NCBI GenBank assembly: GCA_049303835.1
Contig: JBAQNN010000002.1
Span: forward strand, 94,492-158,491
Direction of reading: 5' to 3'
From: Minisyncoccia bacterium
Lineage (GTDB): Bacteria > Patescibacteriota > Minisyncoccia > Phycocordibacterales > UBA9973
Length of the DNA: 64,000 nt
Shown here piece by piece: positions 55,080 through 64,000 of this stretch. Positions within the stretch are counted from its first letter, which is position 1. Every line of letters starts with the position of its first letter. The notes below the pieces were generated by a model, which saw only the letters and a program-made list of their open reading frames with translations, did not search any database and had not been told where the DNA came from. Position numbers and translations under genes: made by a program.

Positions 55080-55089
55080 GTTATCCACA
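55078..55089 (+). promoter_or_regulatory. DnaA-box-like motif AAGTTATCCACA overlapping cca stop codon
   Basis: 11/12 identity to the other three copies, perfect TTATCCACA core. Confidence 0.35.
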
Positions 55090-55150
55090 TTCCTATCCTT
55101 AGGATAGAGATGGGCTTTTTAATTTTTTGTTTCTATTGTAGTATTTAGAT

Positions 55151-55696
55151 ATGAAACATCACACTATGCCAACCGAGATGCCGGAGATTGTTCTTCGTCT
55201 TGAGCACTACAATGATATATTTTCTGATTTTGACATCCGGCCGTACTCCAAAAGAGCTCTTTCTATAGATTTCTTAGATGAAATAAAACGGGCTACTTCT
55301 GACAAAGAAAATGGGGCAGTAGAGCTCATCTTTCATGTGCCCGAAAAAGATAGAGACGAATCAAGAGAAATAACAATAAGGGAACGTCTAATTGAGCATT
55401 TCAGACGTCACCACCATCTATTGGAAGTAGAAAAAAAACGAATTATGAAGCTCGGAACATGGATGGTTATTATGGGAATTATTTGTATGGTCGCTGCGAC
55501 CTTTGTGATTTTTGAAGATCCTTCACAGAATCTACTTTTATCTTTTTTGGTGGTGTTTTTGGAACCGGCTGCTTGGTTTTTGCTCTGGGAGGGAATGGAC
55601 CAAATTATTTTTAACTCAAAAAGTTTGAATTCTGAACTAAATTTTTACCGTAAAATGTCTAGTCCACACGGAAATATACATTTTAAATCATATTAA
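55151..55696 (+). CDS. hypothetical membrane protein (181 aa, His-rich segment, 2 TM)
   Basis: No family recognised. Confidence 0.4.
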   Translation: MKHHTMPTEMPEIVLRLEHYNDIFSDFDIRPYSKRALSIDFLDEIKRATSDKENGAVELIFHVPEKDRDESREITIRERLIEHFRRHHHLLEVEKKRIMKLGTWMVIMGIICMVAATFVIFEDPSQNLLLSFLVVFLEPAAWFLLWEGMDQIIFNSKSLNSELNFYRKMSSPHGNIHFKSY

Positions 55697-55698
55697 AA

Positions 55699-56505
55699 AT
55701 GAAAATTGGTATTTTTGATTCCGGACTGGGAGGGCTGATCATCGCGAAAGCTGTGAAAAAAGTGCTGCCAGAGTATGACTACGTATATTTGGGCGACACC
55801 AAGAGGGTGCCGTACGGCAATCGTTCTTATGATGCTGTCTTTGAATTTACCCGAGAGTGTGTGGACTATCTTTTTCACAAAGAAAATTGTGCAATTGTTA
55901 TAATTGCCTGTAATACTGCTTCGGCGCGTGCGTTGCGAAAAATTCAACAAGAATATTTACCTCAAAATTTCCCCAAAAATAAATTTCAGCGAAAAGTTCT
56001 AGGTGTTTTGATTCCCGCGGCAGAAGAATGCACAAAATTTGAAAAAATTGGAGTACTGGGGACGAGGGGAACTGTGGATTCAAATACCTTTCCAGTAGAG
56101 ATACGAAAATTTAACAGACGGGCAAGCATTTTTCAGAATTCGGCGCCGATGCTCGTGCCTTTGGCCGAAGAAGGGGAGACAAAAAATGTCTTGCCGTTTA
56201 TTAAAAAATATTTACAACCTTTCAGAAACAAAAAATTGGATGCTTTGGTTCTCGGTTGTACCCATTACCCAATATTTAAAAGCCAAATTAGGAAGTTGTT
56301 GCCCAGGGGTGTAAAAGTGATTTCTCAAGATGAGATTATCCCAAAAAAATTGAAAAATTATCTAAAAAGACACCAAGAAATCACCCAAAAACTTTCCAGA
56401 AATCACACAGCCAAAATCTTGGTGACTGATATGACAAAAAGTGTAGAAAAATTAACTCAAAAGTGGTTTGGAAAAGATATCAAACCAAAACTAATCAATC
56501 TCTAA
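55699..56505 (+). CDS. murI: glutamate racemase
   Basis: IGIFDSGLGGL, ACNTASA catalytic Cys motif, second GCTHYP Cys motif. Confidence 0.85.
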   Translation: MKIGIFDSGLGGLIIAKAVKKVLPEYDYVYLGDTKRVPYGNRSYDAVFEFTRECVDYLFHKENCAIVIIACNTASARALRKIQQEYLPQNFPKNKFQRKVLGVLIPAAEECTKFEKIGVLGTRGTVDSNTFPVEIRKFNRRASIFQNSAPMLVPLAEEGETKNVLPFIKKYLQPFRNKKLDALVLGCTHYPIFKSQIRKLLPRGVKVISQDEIIPKKLKNYLKRHQEITQKLSRNHTAKILVTDMTKSVEKLTQKWFGKDIKPKLINL

Positions 56506-57290
56506 ACCAAAGTAATCCAAAGTGGGCAATGGTCTGAGCCATAATAGTCGTTTAGCATTCCCGAGTCTTTGATTTTTGGCAGGATTTTTTTGTCGGCGAA
56601 AAAATAATCAATTCTCCAGCCGACGTTCCTGTCTCGTGCGCGGGTTTTCTGGTCCCAGTAGGTGTAGACATCTTTTTTGCCTGGGTTTAAATTTCTCCAA
56701 ACATCTATAAAATTATTTTTTACTACTTTATCCAGCCAAGCGCGTTCTATCGGCAAGAATCCCGTATTTTCTTCATTTTCTTTTGGCCGAGCCAGGTCTA
56801 TCGCTTCGTGGGCAGTGTTTACATCTCCGCAGAAGATTACATTTTCGCCATTTTTGCGGAGTTTTGAAATAAATTTTAAAAAAGCATCATAAAATTCAAG
56901 TTTGTATTTTAATCTTTCCGGGCCTTGTCCACCGTTCGGGAAATAGCAGGTTATTATTGTATAATTTTTTAATTTTATACCAATTAGTCTACCCTCATCA
57001 TCTAATTTTTCCACACCCATGCCGTAGAAAACCTTCGTGGGCTTTTCTTTGGTGTAAATAGCGACTCCGCTGTAACCCTTTTTAGTTTTGGGATGCGAAA
57101 AATAAGAAAAATATCCGGGAACGTTCCGTACATCTTCCGGTAATTGTTCTGGTTCTGCTTTTGTTTCCTGTAGGCACAAAACATCTGGACTTTTATCAAA
57201 AAGGGGAGTAAAAAATCCTTGCTTTGCTGTCGCCCGGAGTCCATTTGTGTTCCAAGAAATTATTTTTACCTGTTCTTTGGTATGGTTCAT
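56502..57290 (-). CDS. xth: exodeoxyribonuclease III (Xth family AP endonuclease)
   Basis: IISWNTNGLRA, LCLQETK, C-terminal SDHCPL. ATG at 57290 preferred over the GTG-extended ORF to 57329, which would overlap xerD. Confidence 0.85.
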   Translation of the reverse strand: MNHTKEQVKIISWNTNGLRATAKQGFFTPLFDKSPDVLCLQETKAEPEQLPEDVRNVPGYFSYFSHPKTKKGYSGVAIYTKEKPTKVFYGMGVEKLDDEGRLIGIKLKNYTIITCYFPNGGQGPERLKYKLEFYDAFLKFISKLRKNGENVIFCGDVNTAHEAIDLARPKENEENTGFLPIERAWLDKVVKNNFIDVWRNLNPGKKDVYTYWDQKTRARDRNVGWRIDYFFADKKILPKIKDSGMLNDYYGSDHCPLWITLV

Positions 57291-57294
57291 ATTT

Positions 57295-58212
57295 TTATTT
57301 TTGATTATGAAATTTTTTATGGATCTCACGGAGATGTTTGTCGGTCACGTGAGTATATATCTGAGTGGTGCCTATGTTCGCATGACCCAACATCACTTGG
57401 ACCGACCTTATGTCCGCGCCGTTGTTTAATAAATCAGTGGCAAAAGAATGTCTGATGACGTGAGGGGTGACTTTTTTGGTGATGCCGGCCTTGATAGCGT
57501 GTTGCTTTACGATTCTTTCAACAGATCTGCGAGTAAGGGGCGCTCCTGTGCCAGGTGTAGGGGAATCTCCGACTTGGATAAATAATGCGTCGCTCATATC
57601 TTTGCGCACGTCCAAATATTTTTTTACCGCTTTTTTTGCTTCATCGGATATAAAGACTACTCGTACCTTGCCTCCTTTTCCTCGGATGGATATCTCATCT
57701 CTTTTAAAATCAAAATCATTGGTGAGGGAACAGAGTTCGGATACGCGCAAGCCGGTGGAAAATAATAATTCAAGGATGGCTTTGTCTCGCAAATCTTTCA
57801 AGGTGTTTCCACTTGGGGAATTTAGAAGCCTCACTAGTTCGTCTGGAGAGATGAGGTCAAGCGATCGTTCGGGAGTTTTGGCCAATTCTATCTGATCTCT
57901 TGGCATGGATTTTATCTCTCTCTTGGTTAAGTATTTCAAAAAAACCCGGAGAGCGATCAGATAATAATTTTGAGTTTTTTTGGAAACAGTATTTCCATTT
58001 TGTCTGTTGTTGCCGGTACTTTGTCTGTTTAACCAGAGGCGAAATTCTCGTACGGAGGCATCATTGATATCGCTCGGACTTTTTATTTTAGCAAATTCAA
58101 AAAAACAAGTGAGATAATGCTCGTAGTTTTCTACTGTCCTTATCGCCCGGCCTTTTTCTATTTCCAAATATTCCAAGAATTCACGTTTGAGTTTGTCTAT
58201 CTCTGTCGCCAT
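57295..58212 (-). CDS. tyrosine site-specific recombinase XerC/XerD-like
   Basis: Catalytic RHRY pattern: GLRVSEL (Arg), HVIRHSFAT (His-x-x-Arg), LGHANIGTTQIYTHV (His, Tyr). Confidence 0.85.
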   Translation of the reverse strand: MATEIDKLKREFLEYLEIEKGRAIRTVENYEHYLTCFFEFAKIKSPSDINDASVREFRLWLNRQSTGNNRQNGNTVSKKTQNYYLIALRVFLKYLTKREIKSMPRDQIELAKTPERSLDLISPDELVRLLNSPSGNTLKDLRDKAILELLFSTGLRVSELCSLTNDFDFKRDEISIRGKGGKVRVVFISDEAKKAVKKYLDVRKDMSDALFIQVGDSPTPGTGAPLTRRSVERIVKQHAIKAGITKKVTPHVIRHSFATDLLNNGADIRSVQVMLGHANIGTTQIYTHVTDKHLREIHKKFHNQK

Positions 58213-58217
58213 GACCC

Positions 58218-58262
58218 AATTTTAACATAATTTACGAAAATATTGTGCGACACCCAATGGGT
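58218..58262 (-). promoter_or_regulatory. candidate dif-like site adjacent to the xerD-like gene (XerD-arm-like TTATGTTAAAA)
   Basis: Minus-strand reading ...CGCACAATATTTTCGTAAATTATGTTAAAATTG contains a 10/11 match to the E. coli dif XerD arm TTATGTTAAAT; the left arm is poorly conserved. Confidence 0.25.
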
Positions 58263-58290
58263 TGCATTTTTACGCAGTTTATGCTAATAT
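58262..58290 (+). promoter_or_regulatory. sigma70 promoter TTGCAT-N17-TAATAT, 7 nt upstream of rpsO ATG (leaderless)
   Basis: Spacing and hexamers close to consensus. Confidence 0.45.
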
Positions 58291-58297
58291 ATTGAAC

Positions 58298-58561
58298 ATG
58301 TTAGCTACAAAGAAAAAACAAGCAGTTATAAAAAAGCACCAGATTCATGATAAAGACACAGGCTCTCCGGAGGTGCAGGTGGCCGTTTTGTCTACGCAGA
58401 TTGACGCCTTGGCAAAACACTTAAAGAAACATAAAAAAGATAATCACTCTCGTAGAGGTCTGATAAAGATGGTTGCCGACAGACGCACTCATTTGAAATA
58501 TTTGGAACGCAAAGACAAGTCTCGCTACGCTGCTCTGGTAAAGAAAATGGAACTCGCCTAG
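58298..58561 (+). CDS. rpsO: 30S ribosomal protein S15
   Basis: ...[18 protein letters not shown]...[18 protein letters not shown] matches S15; ATG at 58298 preferred over the TTG-extended ORF. Confidence 0.85.
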   Translation: MLATKKKQAVIKKHQIHDKDTGSPEVQVAVLSTQIDALAKHLKKHKKDNHSRRGLIKMVADRRTHLKYLERKDKSRYAALVKKMELA

Positions 58562-58608
58562 TTTGTCTCTAAAATAGCCAAACTTTTTTACAGTGCTATA
58601 CTATATAT

Positions 58609-59118
58609 ATGACAGTTATAAAACATAAAGAACAAAGAGTCGGGGTTTTTATTGATACTCAAAATTTATATCACTCAGCTCGCAATTTGTATCAAGCGCG
58701 AGTAAATTTCGGTGCGGTTTTGAAAGATGCAGTCGCCGGCAGAAAGCTCGTGCGTGCTGTCGCTTATGTCATCACGACAGAGGCAGGAGATGAAAAGAAT
58801 TTTTTTGAAGCTTTGTCCAAACTCGGCATTGAAACGAAGACGAAAGATTTGCAAATATTTGCCGGTGGCGCCAAGAAAGCGGATTGGGATGTGGGGTTAG
58901 CAGTGGATGCCATCAAGATGTCTCCTCGTCTGGACTCGGTGGTCATAATCTCCGGGGACGGAGATTTTATTCCCCTTGTGGAATATTTACAGACTATCGG
59001 AGTGCAAGTAGAAGTAGTTTCGTTTGGTAAATCAACTTCAGGGAAACTGCGTGAAGCAGTGGACGACTTCGTGGACCTTTCCCTCAACCCTAGAAAATAT
59101 TTAATGAGTTCAAATTAA
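58609..59118 (+). CDS. NYN-domain (LabA/YacP-like) protein
   Basis: VGVFIDTQNLYHSA...DWDVGLAVDA...ISGDGDF, the NYN/PIN-like acidic motif set. Inserted between rpsO and pnp. Confidence 0.65.
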   Translation: MTVIKHKEQRVGVFIDTQNLYHSARNLYQARVNFGAVLKDAVAGRKLVRAVAYVITTEAGDEKNFFEALSKLGIETKTKDLQIFAGGAKKADWDVGLAVDAIKMSPRLDSVVIISGDGDFIPLVEYLQTIGVQVEVVSFGKSTSGKLREAVDDFVDLSLNPRKYLMSSN

Positions 59119-59302
59119 TTTTGAAAACTTTTTGCTTTTTTGTCCCAAAATGCTAAGATAAATCCGAAGTCGTGAGTCTTTTAAAAAGTTTATCAGTTAA
59201 CTAACAAGTTCGTCTTTAGATAGAGATAGTGTCTCACTTTTTTGTGAAACAGTACTTTATTCTGAAGATGAGCCCTGCTCGCTTAGGCGGGTAAACCCAT
59301 AA

Positions 59303-61438
59303 ATGGGGCAAAATATGCAAAAAAAAGAATATAGTGTGGAGATTGGGGGTAAGACGATGACCGCTATTTTTAGTGATTTGGCGGAACAAGCGCATGGTTC
59401 GGTAATATTAAAATATGGAGAGACTATCGTCCTAGCTACCGCTTGTATGTCCAAAGACAGTCAGGCAGGGTTGGGATTTTTTAATTTGACGGTTGACTAT
59501 GTAGAAAAATTTTATGCGGCCGGAAAAATTTTAGGTTCGCGTTTTGTCAGGAGAGAAGGCAAACCTTCGGAAGAAGCGGTCTTGGGAAGTAGGGTGATAG
59601 ATCGTACCTTGCGTCCTTTGTTTGATCAGTCAGTGCGCCATGCCGTGCAAGTGATAGTGACGGTCTTGTCGGTAGATGAAAATGACCCGACGATTTTGGC
59701 TATCAATGCGGCCTCTCTCGCCCTCCTTGTATCGGATATTCCTTGGAACGGACCCGTTGGTTGCGTGCGTATCGGGAAATACGATAGTGAAGATTTGAAA
59801 ATTAATCCCGCACAATCTCTCCGAGTGAATGAAGAAACACAATACAAATTTGATATGACTGTCTGTGGGAAGAATGGGCACATCAATATGATTGAAGCTT
59901 CCGCTCGTCAAGCGAAAGAAGCGGAACTGGAAGAAGCACTCCAAGTCGCGAGTGCGGAGATAGTCAAGTTGGAAGATTTTCAGAAAAAAATAGCGTCGGA
60001 AATCGGTAAAGAAAAGAGAGTGATAGAAAAAGGAACAATCTCTCCGGAAGCGGTTGCCTTGTTTAACGAAAATATTTTACCGAAAATGGAGGATGCTATA
60101 TTTGAAGGTCCGGGCAAAACAAAGATTGATGCCCTCCATACTACTTGGAATAATTTGGTGAAAGAAAAGTTTCCTGATAGAGAAGATTTTAGTTTGGAAG
60201 ATAATTTGTTTGATGATACAGAAAATGAAATTCTGCACAAAAAAGCGATAGACGAAGACAAGCGCGCCGACGGCAGGAAAATGGATGAGCTTCGTGACTT
60301 ATATGCGCAAGCAGGAGGGCTCTCTAGTCAGCTTCACGGGTCCGGAATTTTTTATCGCGGAGGGACTCACGTGCTCTCAGTGTTGACACTTGGTGGTCCG
60401 GAAGAAAGAAATTTAGTGGATGGTTTACAATTGAAAGTAGAAAAAAGATTTATGCATCACTATAACTTTCCACCGTATTCATCAGGAGAAGTGGGAAGAT
60501 TTGGCACGACCAATCGCCGAGAAGTGGGGCACGGAGCACTCGCCGAAAAAGCACTTGCGATGGTATTGCCTTCGGTTTCGGAATTTCCTTACACGATGAG
60601 AATCGTCTCCGAATCAATGGCGTCCAATGGTTCCACTTCTCAGGCTTCTATTTGCGCCGGTGTGCTTGCGCTCATGGATGGAGGAGTTCCCATCAAAGCT
60701 CCAGTCGGTGGTATCGCCATGGGGCTGATGTATGAGGATGACAAAAAATATAAAATACTTACTGACATTCAGGGTCCGGAAGATCATCATGGTGATATGG
60801 ATTTCAAAATTGCAGGAACTAGAGAGGGAGTCACTGCTATCCAATTGGACGTAAAGGTAGAAGGAGTGCCGATAAAGATATTGGGTGAAGCGATGATTCA
60901 ATCAAAAAAAGCCAGGGTCACCATCATAGACAGAATTGAAAAAGAAATTGCCAAACCTAGGGAAAATATTTCTATTAATGCTCCAAAAATATTGATCATT
61001 AAAATCAATCCGGAGAAAATAGGATTGGTCATCGGCGGAGGAGGAAAGACCATCAAAGAAATAAAAGAAAAATCTGGCGCGGAGATAACCATAGAAGATG
61101 ACGGTACAGTATATCTGACAGGGAAGGATGGTTCTGCGGAGAAGGCCAAAATGATAATAGAAGAAATGACCCACGAATTTAAAGTGGGAGAAATGCTGAA
61201 GGGTGAGATTGTAAAGATAGCTGATTTTGGAGCTTTTGTGAGACTAAATGATTTCTCTGACGGCATGGTGCATATCTCTGAGATTGCCCCATTTCGTGTG
61301 GAGCGTGTTTCGGATATAATAAAGGAAGGAATGATAGTCCCTGTCAAAGTCATAAATATTGATCCTGAACGTGGACGTATCGGGCTCTCAATCAAAGAAG
61401 CGGATAAAGACTTTTTCAAAAACAATGGATCCCGTTAG
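59303..61438 (+). CDS. pnp: polyribonucleotide nucleotidyltransferase (PNPase)
   Basis: 711 aa; two RNase PH domains, KH (GGGGKTIKEI) and S1 (GEIVKIADFGAFV) domains. Confidence 0.9.
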   Translation: MGQNMQKKEYSVEIGGKTMTAIFSDLAEQAHGSVILKYGETIVLATACMSKDSQAGLGFFNLTVDYVEKFYAAGKILGSRFVRREGKPSEEAVLGSRVIDRTLRPLFDQSVRHAVQVIVTVLSVDENDPTILAINAASLALLVSDIPWNGPVGCVRIGKYDSEDLKINPAQSLRVNEETQYKFDMTVCGKNGHINMIEASARQAKEAELEEALQVASAEIVKLEDFQKKIASEIGKEKRVIEKGTISPEAVALFNENILPKMEDAIFEGPGKTKIDALHTTWNNLVKEKFPDREDFSLEDNLFDDTENEILHKKAIDEDKRADGRKMDELRDLYAQAGGLSSQLHGSGIFYRGGTHVLSVLTLGGPEERNLVDGLQLKVEKRFMHHYNFPPYSSGEVGRFGTTNRREVGHGALAEKALAMVLPSVSEFPYTMRIVSESMASNGSTSQASICAGVLALMDGGVPIKAPVGGIAMGLMYEDDKKYKILTDIQGPEDHHGDMDFKIAGTREGVTAIQLDVKVEGVPIKILGEAMIQSKKARVTIIDRIEKEIAKPRENISINAPKILIIKINPEKIGLVIGGGGKTIKEIKEKSGAEITIEDDGTVYLTGKDGSAEKAKMIIEEMTHEFKVGEMLKGEIVKIADFGAFVRLNDFSDGMVHISEIAPFRVERVSDIIKEGMIVPVKVINIDPERGRIGLSIKEADKDFFKNNGSR

Positions 61439-61458
61439 AAATTTAACTGACGGGAGTA

Positions 61459-62385
61459 GTGGTAAAAATTAGCATATTAATTTCTAACGGGATGGAGGAA
61501 AATAAAACACAATCCACCGCAAATGAAGAAAGTAATAAACTGGTAAAGACCTATGCCGAAGATATGGCGAGGGTTCTTGAAAATGATAAAGAAGGTTTAG
61601 TAAAAAAGATAATTCATGGAGACGAACAACACGAACAAGAGAAGAAAAATCTATCTCCTGAGTCAAAAAAGAATAAACTCTTTATGCTTATCGGCCTTAT
61701 CCTCATCTTCCTAGCTTTGTTAATTTTGTCGTATTTTCTTTTAAAGAAAAAGGAGATCAATACAGCCGCGGTACAAGAACAATTTATTCCCATCATTTTC
61801 AATGACAAGAGCACCTTTGTGGAAGTCGGAACTTTCAACAAAGAAGAGATAGTGCAGACCATCCTAAGTCATGTAAATAACACCGAAGTAAAAATCGGAG
61901 GTATAGAGGGAATTTATCTTACGGAGAACAAAAAGATTGTCGGGTTGCGGAGATTTATTTCCCTTATTAAGGGAAATTTGATCCCTGTTGAAAACAAGCT
62001 TCTGGTAGATGATAATTTTTTAATGGGTTCAATGCTGACAGGACTCAGATCTTCCTCGCCTACAGGCGGAGACTTTTTTATCTTGCTCAAGACTCGTTCT
62101 CTCTCGGATATTTTTGATTCTATGCGCGCTTGGGAAGAAAAAATGCTTACCGATTTGCACAAATTTATGGGAATCAGTTTGTCAGCAGAGACAAACTATC
62201 TTTTCACAAAAGATTTTGAAGACGGCATAGTAGAAAACAAAAACGCGCGCATCCTTCGCAATAAAGAAGGGGGGATAGTGTTGATGTATGTTTTTGCAGA
62301 TGAAAATTCTGTCATCATCACTAGTTCGGAACCCGTCACTCACGAAATAATCCTCCGCCTAGCCTCTGCCGGGAAGAAGCAGTAA
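61459..62385 (+). CDS. hypothetical membrane-anchored protein (308 aa, single TM)
   Basis: TM at LFMLIGLILIFLALLILSYFLL; no family recognised. Confidence 0.4.
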   Translation: MVKISILISNGMEENKTQSTANEESNKLVKTYAEDMARVLENDKEGLVKKIIHGDEQHEQEKKNLSPESKKNKLFMLIGLILIFLALLILSYFLLKKKEINTAAVQEQFIPIIFNDKSTFVEVGTFNKEEIVQTILSHVNNTEVKIGGIEGIYLTENKKIVGLRRFISLIKGNLIPVENKLLVDDNFLMGSMLTGLRSSSPTGGDFFILLKTRSLSDIFDSMRAWEEKMLTDLHKFMGISLSAETNYLFTKDFEDGIVENKNARILRNKEGGIVLMYVFADENSVIITSSEPVTHEIILRLASAGKKQ

Positions 62386-62393
62386 AAAATAAA

Positions 62394-63068
62394 ATGCCAG
62401 AAAAATTTAACATAAATCAACAAGAATATTGGGACAGGCAACACAAAAAAAGAGAAGCGGAATCTTTAGAGTTAATAAATGTACCAAACGAATTTGCCAA
62501 GAATTGTTTGAAATATATAAAACCAGAAGGAAAAGTTTTAGAAATTGGTATTGCTAATGGAAGAGATTCTAGATATTTTGTTAAGCAAAATAAAAATAAA
62601 ATAGTTGGGGTTGATATTTCAACAGAAGCGATTAGACAACTCATTGATGCTGCTATTTCTGATGGTACAATAAGTAGTATATTACCAGTTGTTGCTGAGG
62701 CTAGTGAAATTCCAGAATTATTAGAAGATCAAGAATTTTATGATGCCTTTTATTCTCGTTCAGCATTGCACTTAGACGATAAAAAAATTATTTTATTTTT
62801 TGAATATGTGGTATCTCATTTAAATAAAGATGGTATATTAATGGTTGAGGGAAAGCCAAAAGAAGATCAAAAAATAGAGAGGTCTATAGAAGTTGATAAA
62901 AATTGTTTTGAAGATATTGATGGTCATATTCGTCGTGTTTGGTCAGAAGATAATATAAAATCTTTATGTGATTCTTTTAATCTTGAAATAGTTGAGATAG
63001 GAAGAACTACAGAAGTTTGGCAAGGGAAAGAAACTAAATTTATTCATTTTATCGCAAAGAAAAAATAA
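62394..63068 (+). CDS. class I SAM-dependent methyltransferase
   Basis: Motif I VLEIGIANGRDS, motif II region; Rossmann MTase spacing. Confidence 0.55.
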   Translation: MPEKFNINQQEYWDRQHKKREAESLELINVPNEFAKNCLKYIKPEGKVLEIGIANGRDSRYFVKQNKNKIVGVDISTEAIRQLIDAAISDGTISSILPVVAEASEIPELLEDQEFYDAFYSRSALHLDDKKIILFFEYVVSHLNKDGILMVEGKPKEDQKIERSIEVDKNCFEDIDGHIRRVWSEDNIKSLCDSFNLEIVEIGRTTEVWQGKETKFIHFIAKKK

Positions 63069-63069
63069 T

Positions 63070-63588
63070 ATGATAAACGAACAACCAAGAGCAATAATTT
63101 CTGCAATTCTTTTAAAAAATCAAGGTAATGAAAAAAAGATTTTTCTTCAAACTAGATGGAAGCCAAAAACAAGTCCGACTTATTCTGGAATGCTGGAAAT
63201 CCCTGCTGGTGGTATCGATTCTTATGAAAATGTTTACAATTCCTTAAGGAGAGAAGTAAAAGAAGAAACTAACTTAGATATAGTTAAAATTTTAAATGAT
63301 TATCAAGGAGAAATTTTTGAACCCAGGAAGAATGACAAAGCTTTTATTTTTAGGCCTTTTATCTGCCAGCAAGCCCTTGAAACAAACAATGGTTTACCAT
63401 GGATTGGTTTTGTTTTTTTGTGTGAAGTTACTGGTGAATTAAAAATCAACGAAGGTGAAGCAAAAGATCCAATTTGGGTTTCGATTAAAGAGTTAGAAAA
63501 TATTGTAAACAATAAACCAGAAAGTGTTTTTCCATTACAATTACCCGTGCTTAAATATTTTGTTGAAAATTTTTATAACTTTATATGA
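63070..63588 (+). CDS. NUDIX hydrolase
   Basis: Nudix box GGIDSYENVYNSLRREVKEETNL (GX5EX7REUXEEXGU pattern). Confidence 0.7.
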   Translation: MINEQPRAIISAILLKNQGNEKKIFLQTRWKPKTSPTYSGMLEIPAGGIDSYENVYNSLRREVKEETNLDIVKILNDYQGEIFEPRKNDKAFIFRPFICQQALETNNGLPWIGFVFLCEVTGELKINEGEAKDPIWVSIKELENIVNNKPESVFPLQLPVLKYFVENFYNFI

Positions 63589-64000
63589 AATCAGAAATAG
63601 AAGTAAAAGCGAAAGTAAAAAATAAAGATGTTTTAGTATCCAAACTTAGAGAAATTGGATGTGTCTTGAATGAACCGGTTGTCCAGGATGACTGCATTTA
63701 TAATAAAAAGGGAATTGATTTATCAAGTCATAGTCATGGCACCCCAGTTTTGCGTATTAGAGAACAAAAGGGGCGAATAGTTTTTACTCTGAAAAAGAAT
63801 AGGAGTAATGATCTTGATTGTATAGAAAAAGAAATTGAGATAACTGATAAAAATACCTTGGAAGAAATTATAGAGTTACTCGATTATGAAAAAACAGTGG
63901 AAGTCCATAAAAAAAGACAAAGAGGAAAGTATAGTGATTATGAAATCTGTCTTGATGAAGTAGAGGGGCTCGGTTTTTTTATAGAAGTGGAAAAAATGTC
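63585..64000 (+). CDS. CYTH-domain protein (class IV adenylate cyclase / triphosphate tunnel metalloenzyme-like), 3'-partial
   Basis: N-terminal EIEVKAKV (ExExK motif) and later ...GFFIEVE, typical of the CYTH tunnel. Overlaps NUDIX stop (ATGA). Confidence 0.5.
   Translation, partial: MKSEIEVKAKVKNKDVLVSKLREIGCVLNEPVVQDDCIYNKKGIDLSSHSHGTPVLRIREQKGRIVFTLKKNRSNDLDCIEKEIEITDKNTLEEIIELLDYEKTVEVHKKRQRGKYSDYEICLDEVEGLGFFIEVEKM

Noticed and set aside
57295-58212. Tyrosine recombinase as a prophage/ICE integrase marking a mobile element
   Set aside because: XerC/XerD-type motifs, housekeeping neighbours (xth, rpsO-pnp), and no phage or conjugation genes adjacent; more likely the chromosomal dimer-resolution recombinase.

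Overview
The window reads as a low-GC, gene-dense bacterial chromosome segment (roughly 35% GC by eye). Several features suggest a reduced Patescibacteria/CPR-like genome: many leaderless extended-10 promoters, an archaeal-type TyrRS, short UvrC/HolA/YidC, and tRNAs without an encoded CCA. This lineage assignment is an inference, not a computed result.

Most of the window is core machinery:
- Repair and recombination: uvrB-uvrA-uvrC cluster, ruvA, ruvB-yebC-ruvC, polA, mutM, a uvrD-family helicase, xth, xerD-like recombinase.
- Replication origin neighbourhood: rpmH-rnpA-yidD-yidC-jag, dnaA, dnaN, and a candidate oriC with DnaA boxes and an AT-rich unwinding region.
- Other housekeeping: rpsT, rpsO-NYN-pnp, a PilB ATPase, PBP1A, murI, cca, ksgA.
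- Five tRNAs: Lys-TTT, Gly-TCC, Pro-TGG, Gly-GCC, Arg-TCG.

The accessory part is a minus-strand cluster at about 27.6-41.5 kb with a Gram-positive/CPR-style type IV secretion-like apparatus:
- VirB4 ATPase split into two ORFs.
- A VirB3/PrgI-like gene, a VirB6-like polytopic protein, and a VirB2-like pilin fused to an M15 peptidase.
- Large secreted proteins of unknown function.
- A four-helix-bundle (23S rRNA intervening-sequence / Avd-family) gene flanked by inverted heptamer-repeat elements. The same elements form long imperfect palindromes in every intergenic gap of that sub-operon.

Other notable signals:
- A roughly 280-bp high-GC mini-cassette (promoter, strong SD, 53-aa hydrophobic ORF, GC hairpin terminator) next to tRNA-Gly.
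- A 12-mer DnaA-box-like motif TAGTTATCCACA recurring at four intergenic sites.
- A GC-rich in-frame insertion in the uvrD-like gene.
- A dif-like XerD arm adjacent to the xerD-like gene.

No rRNA, CRISPR array, transposase or phage integrase was seen.
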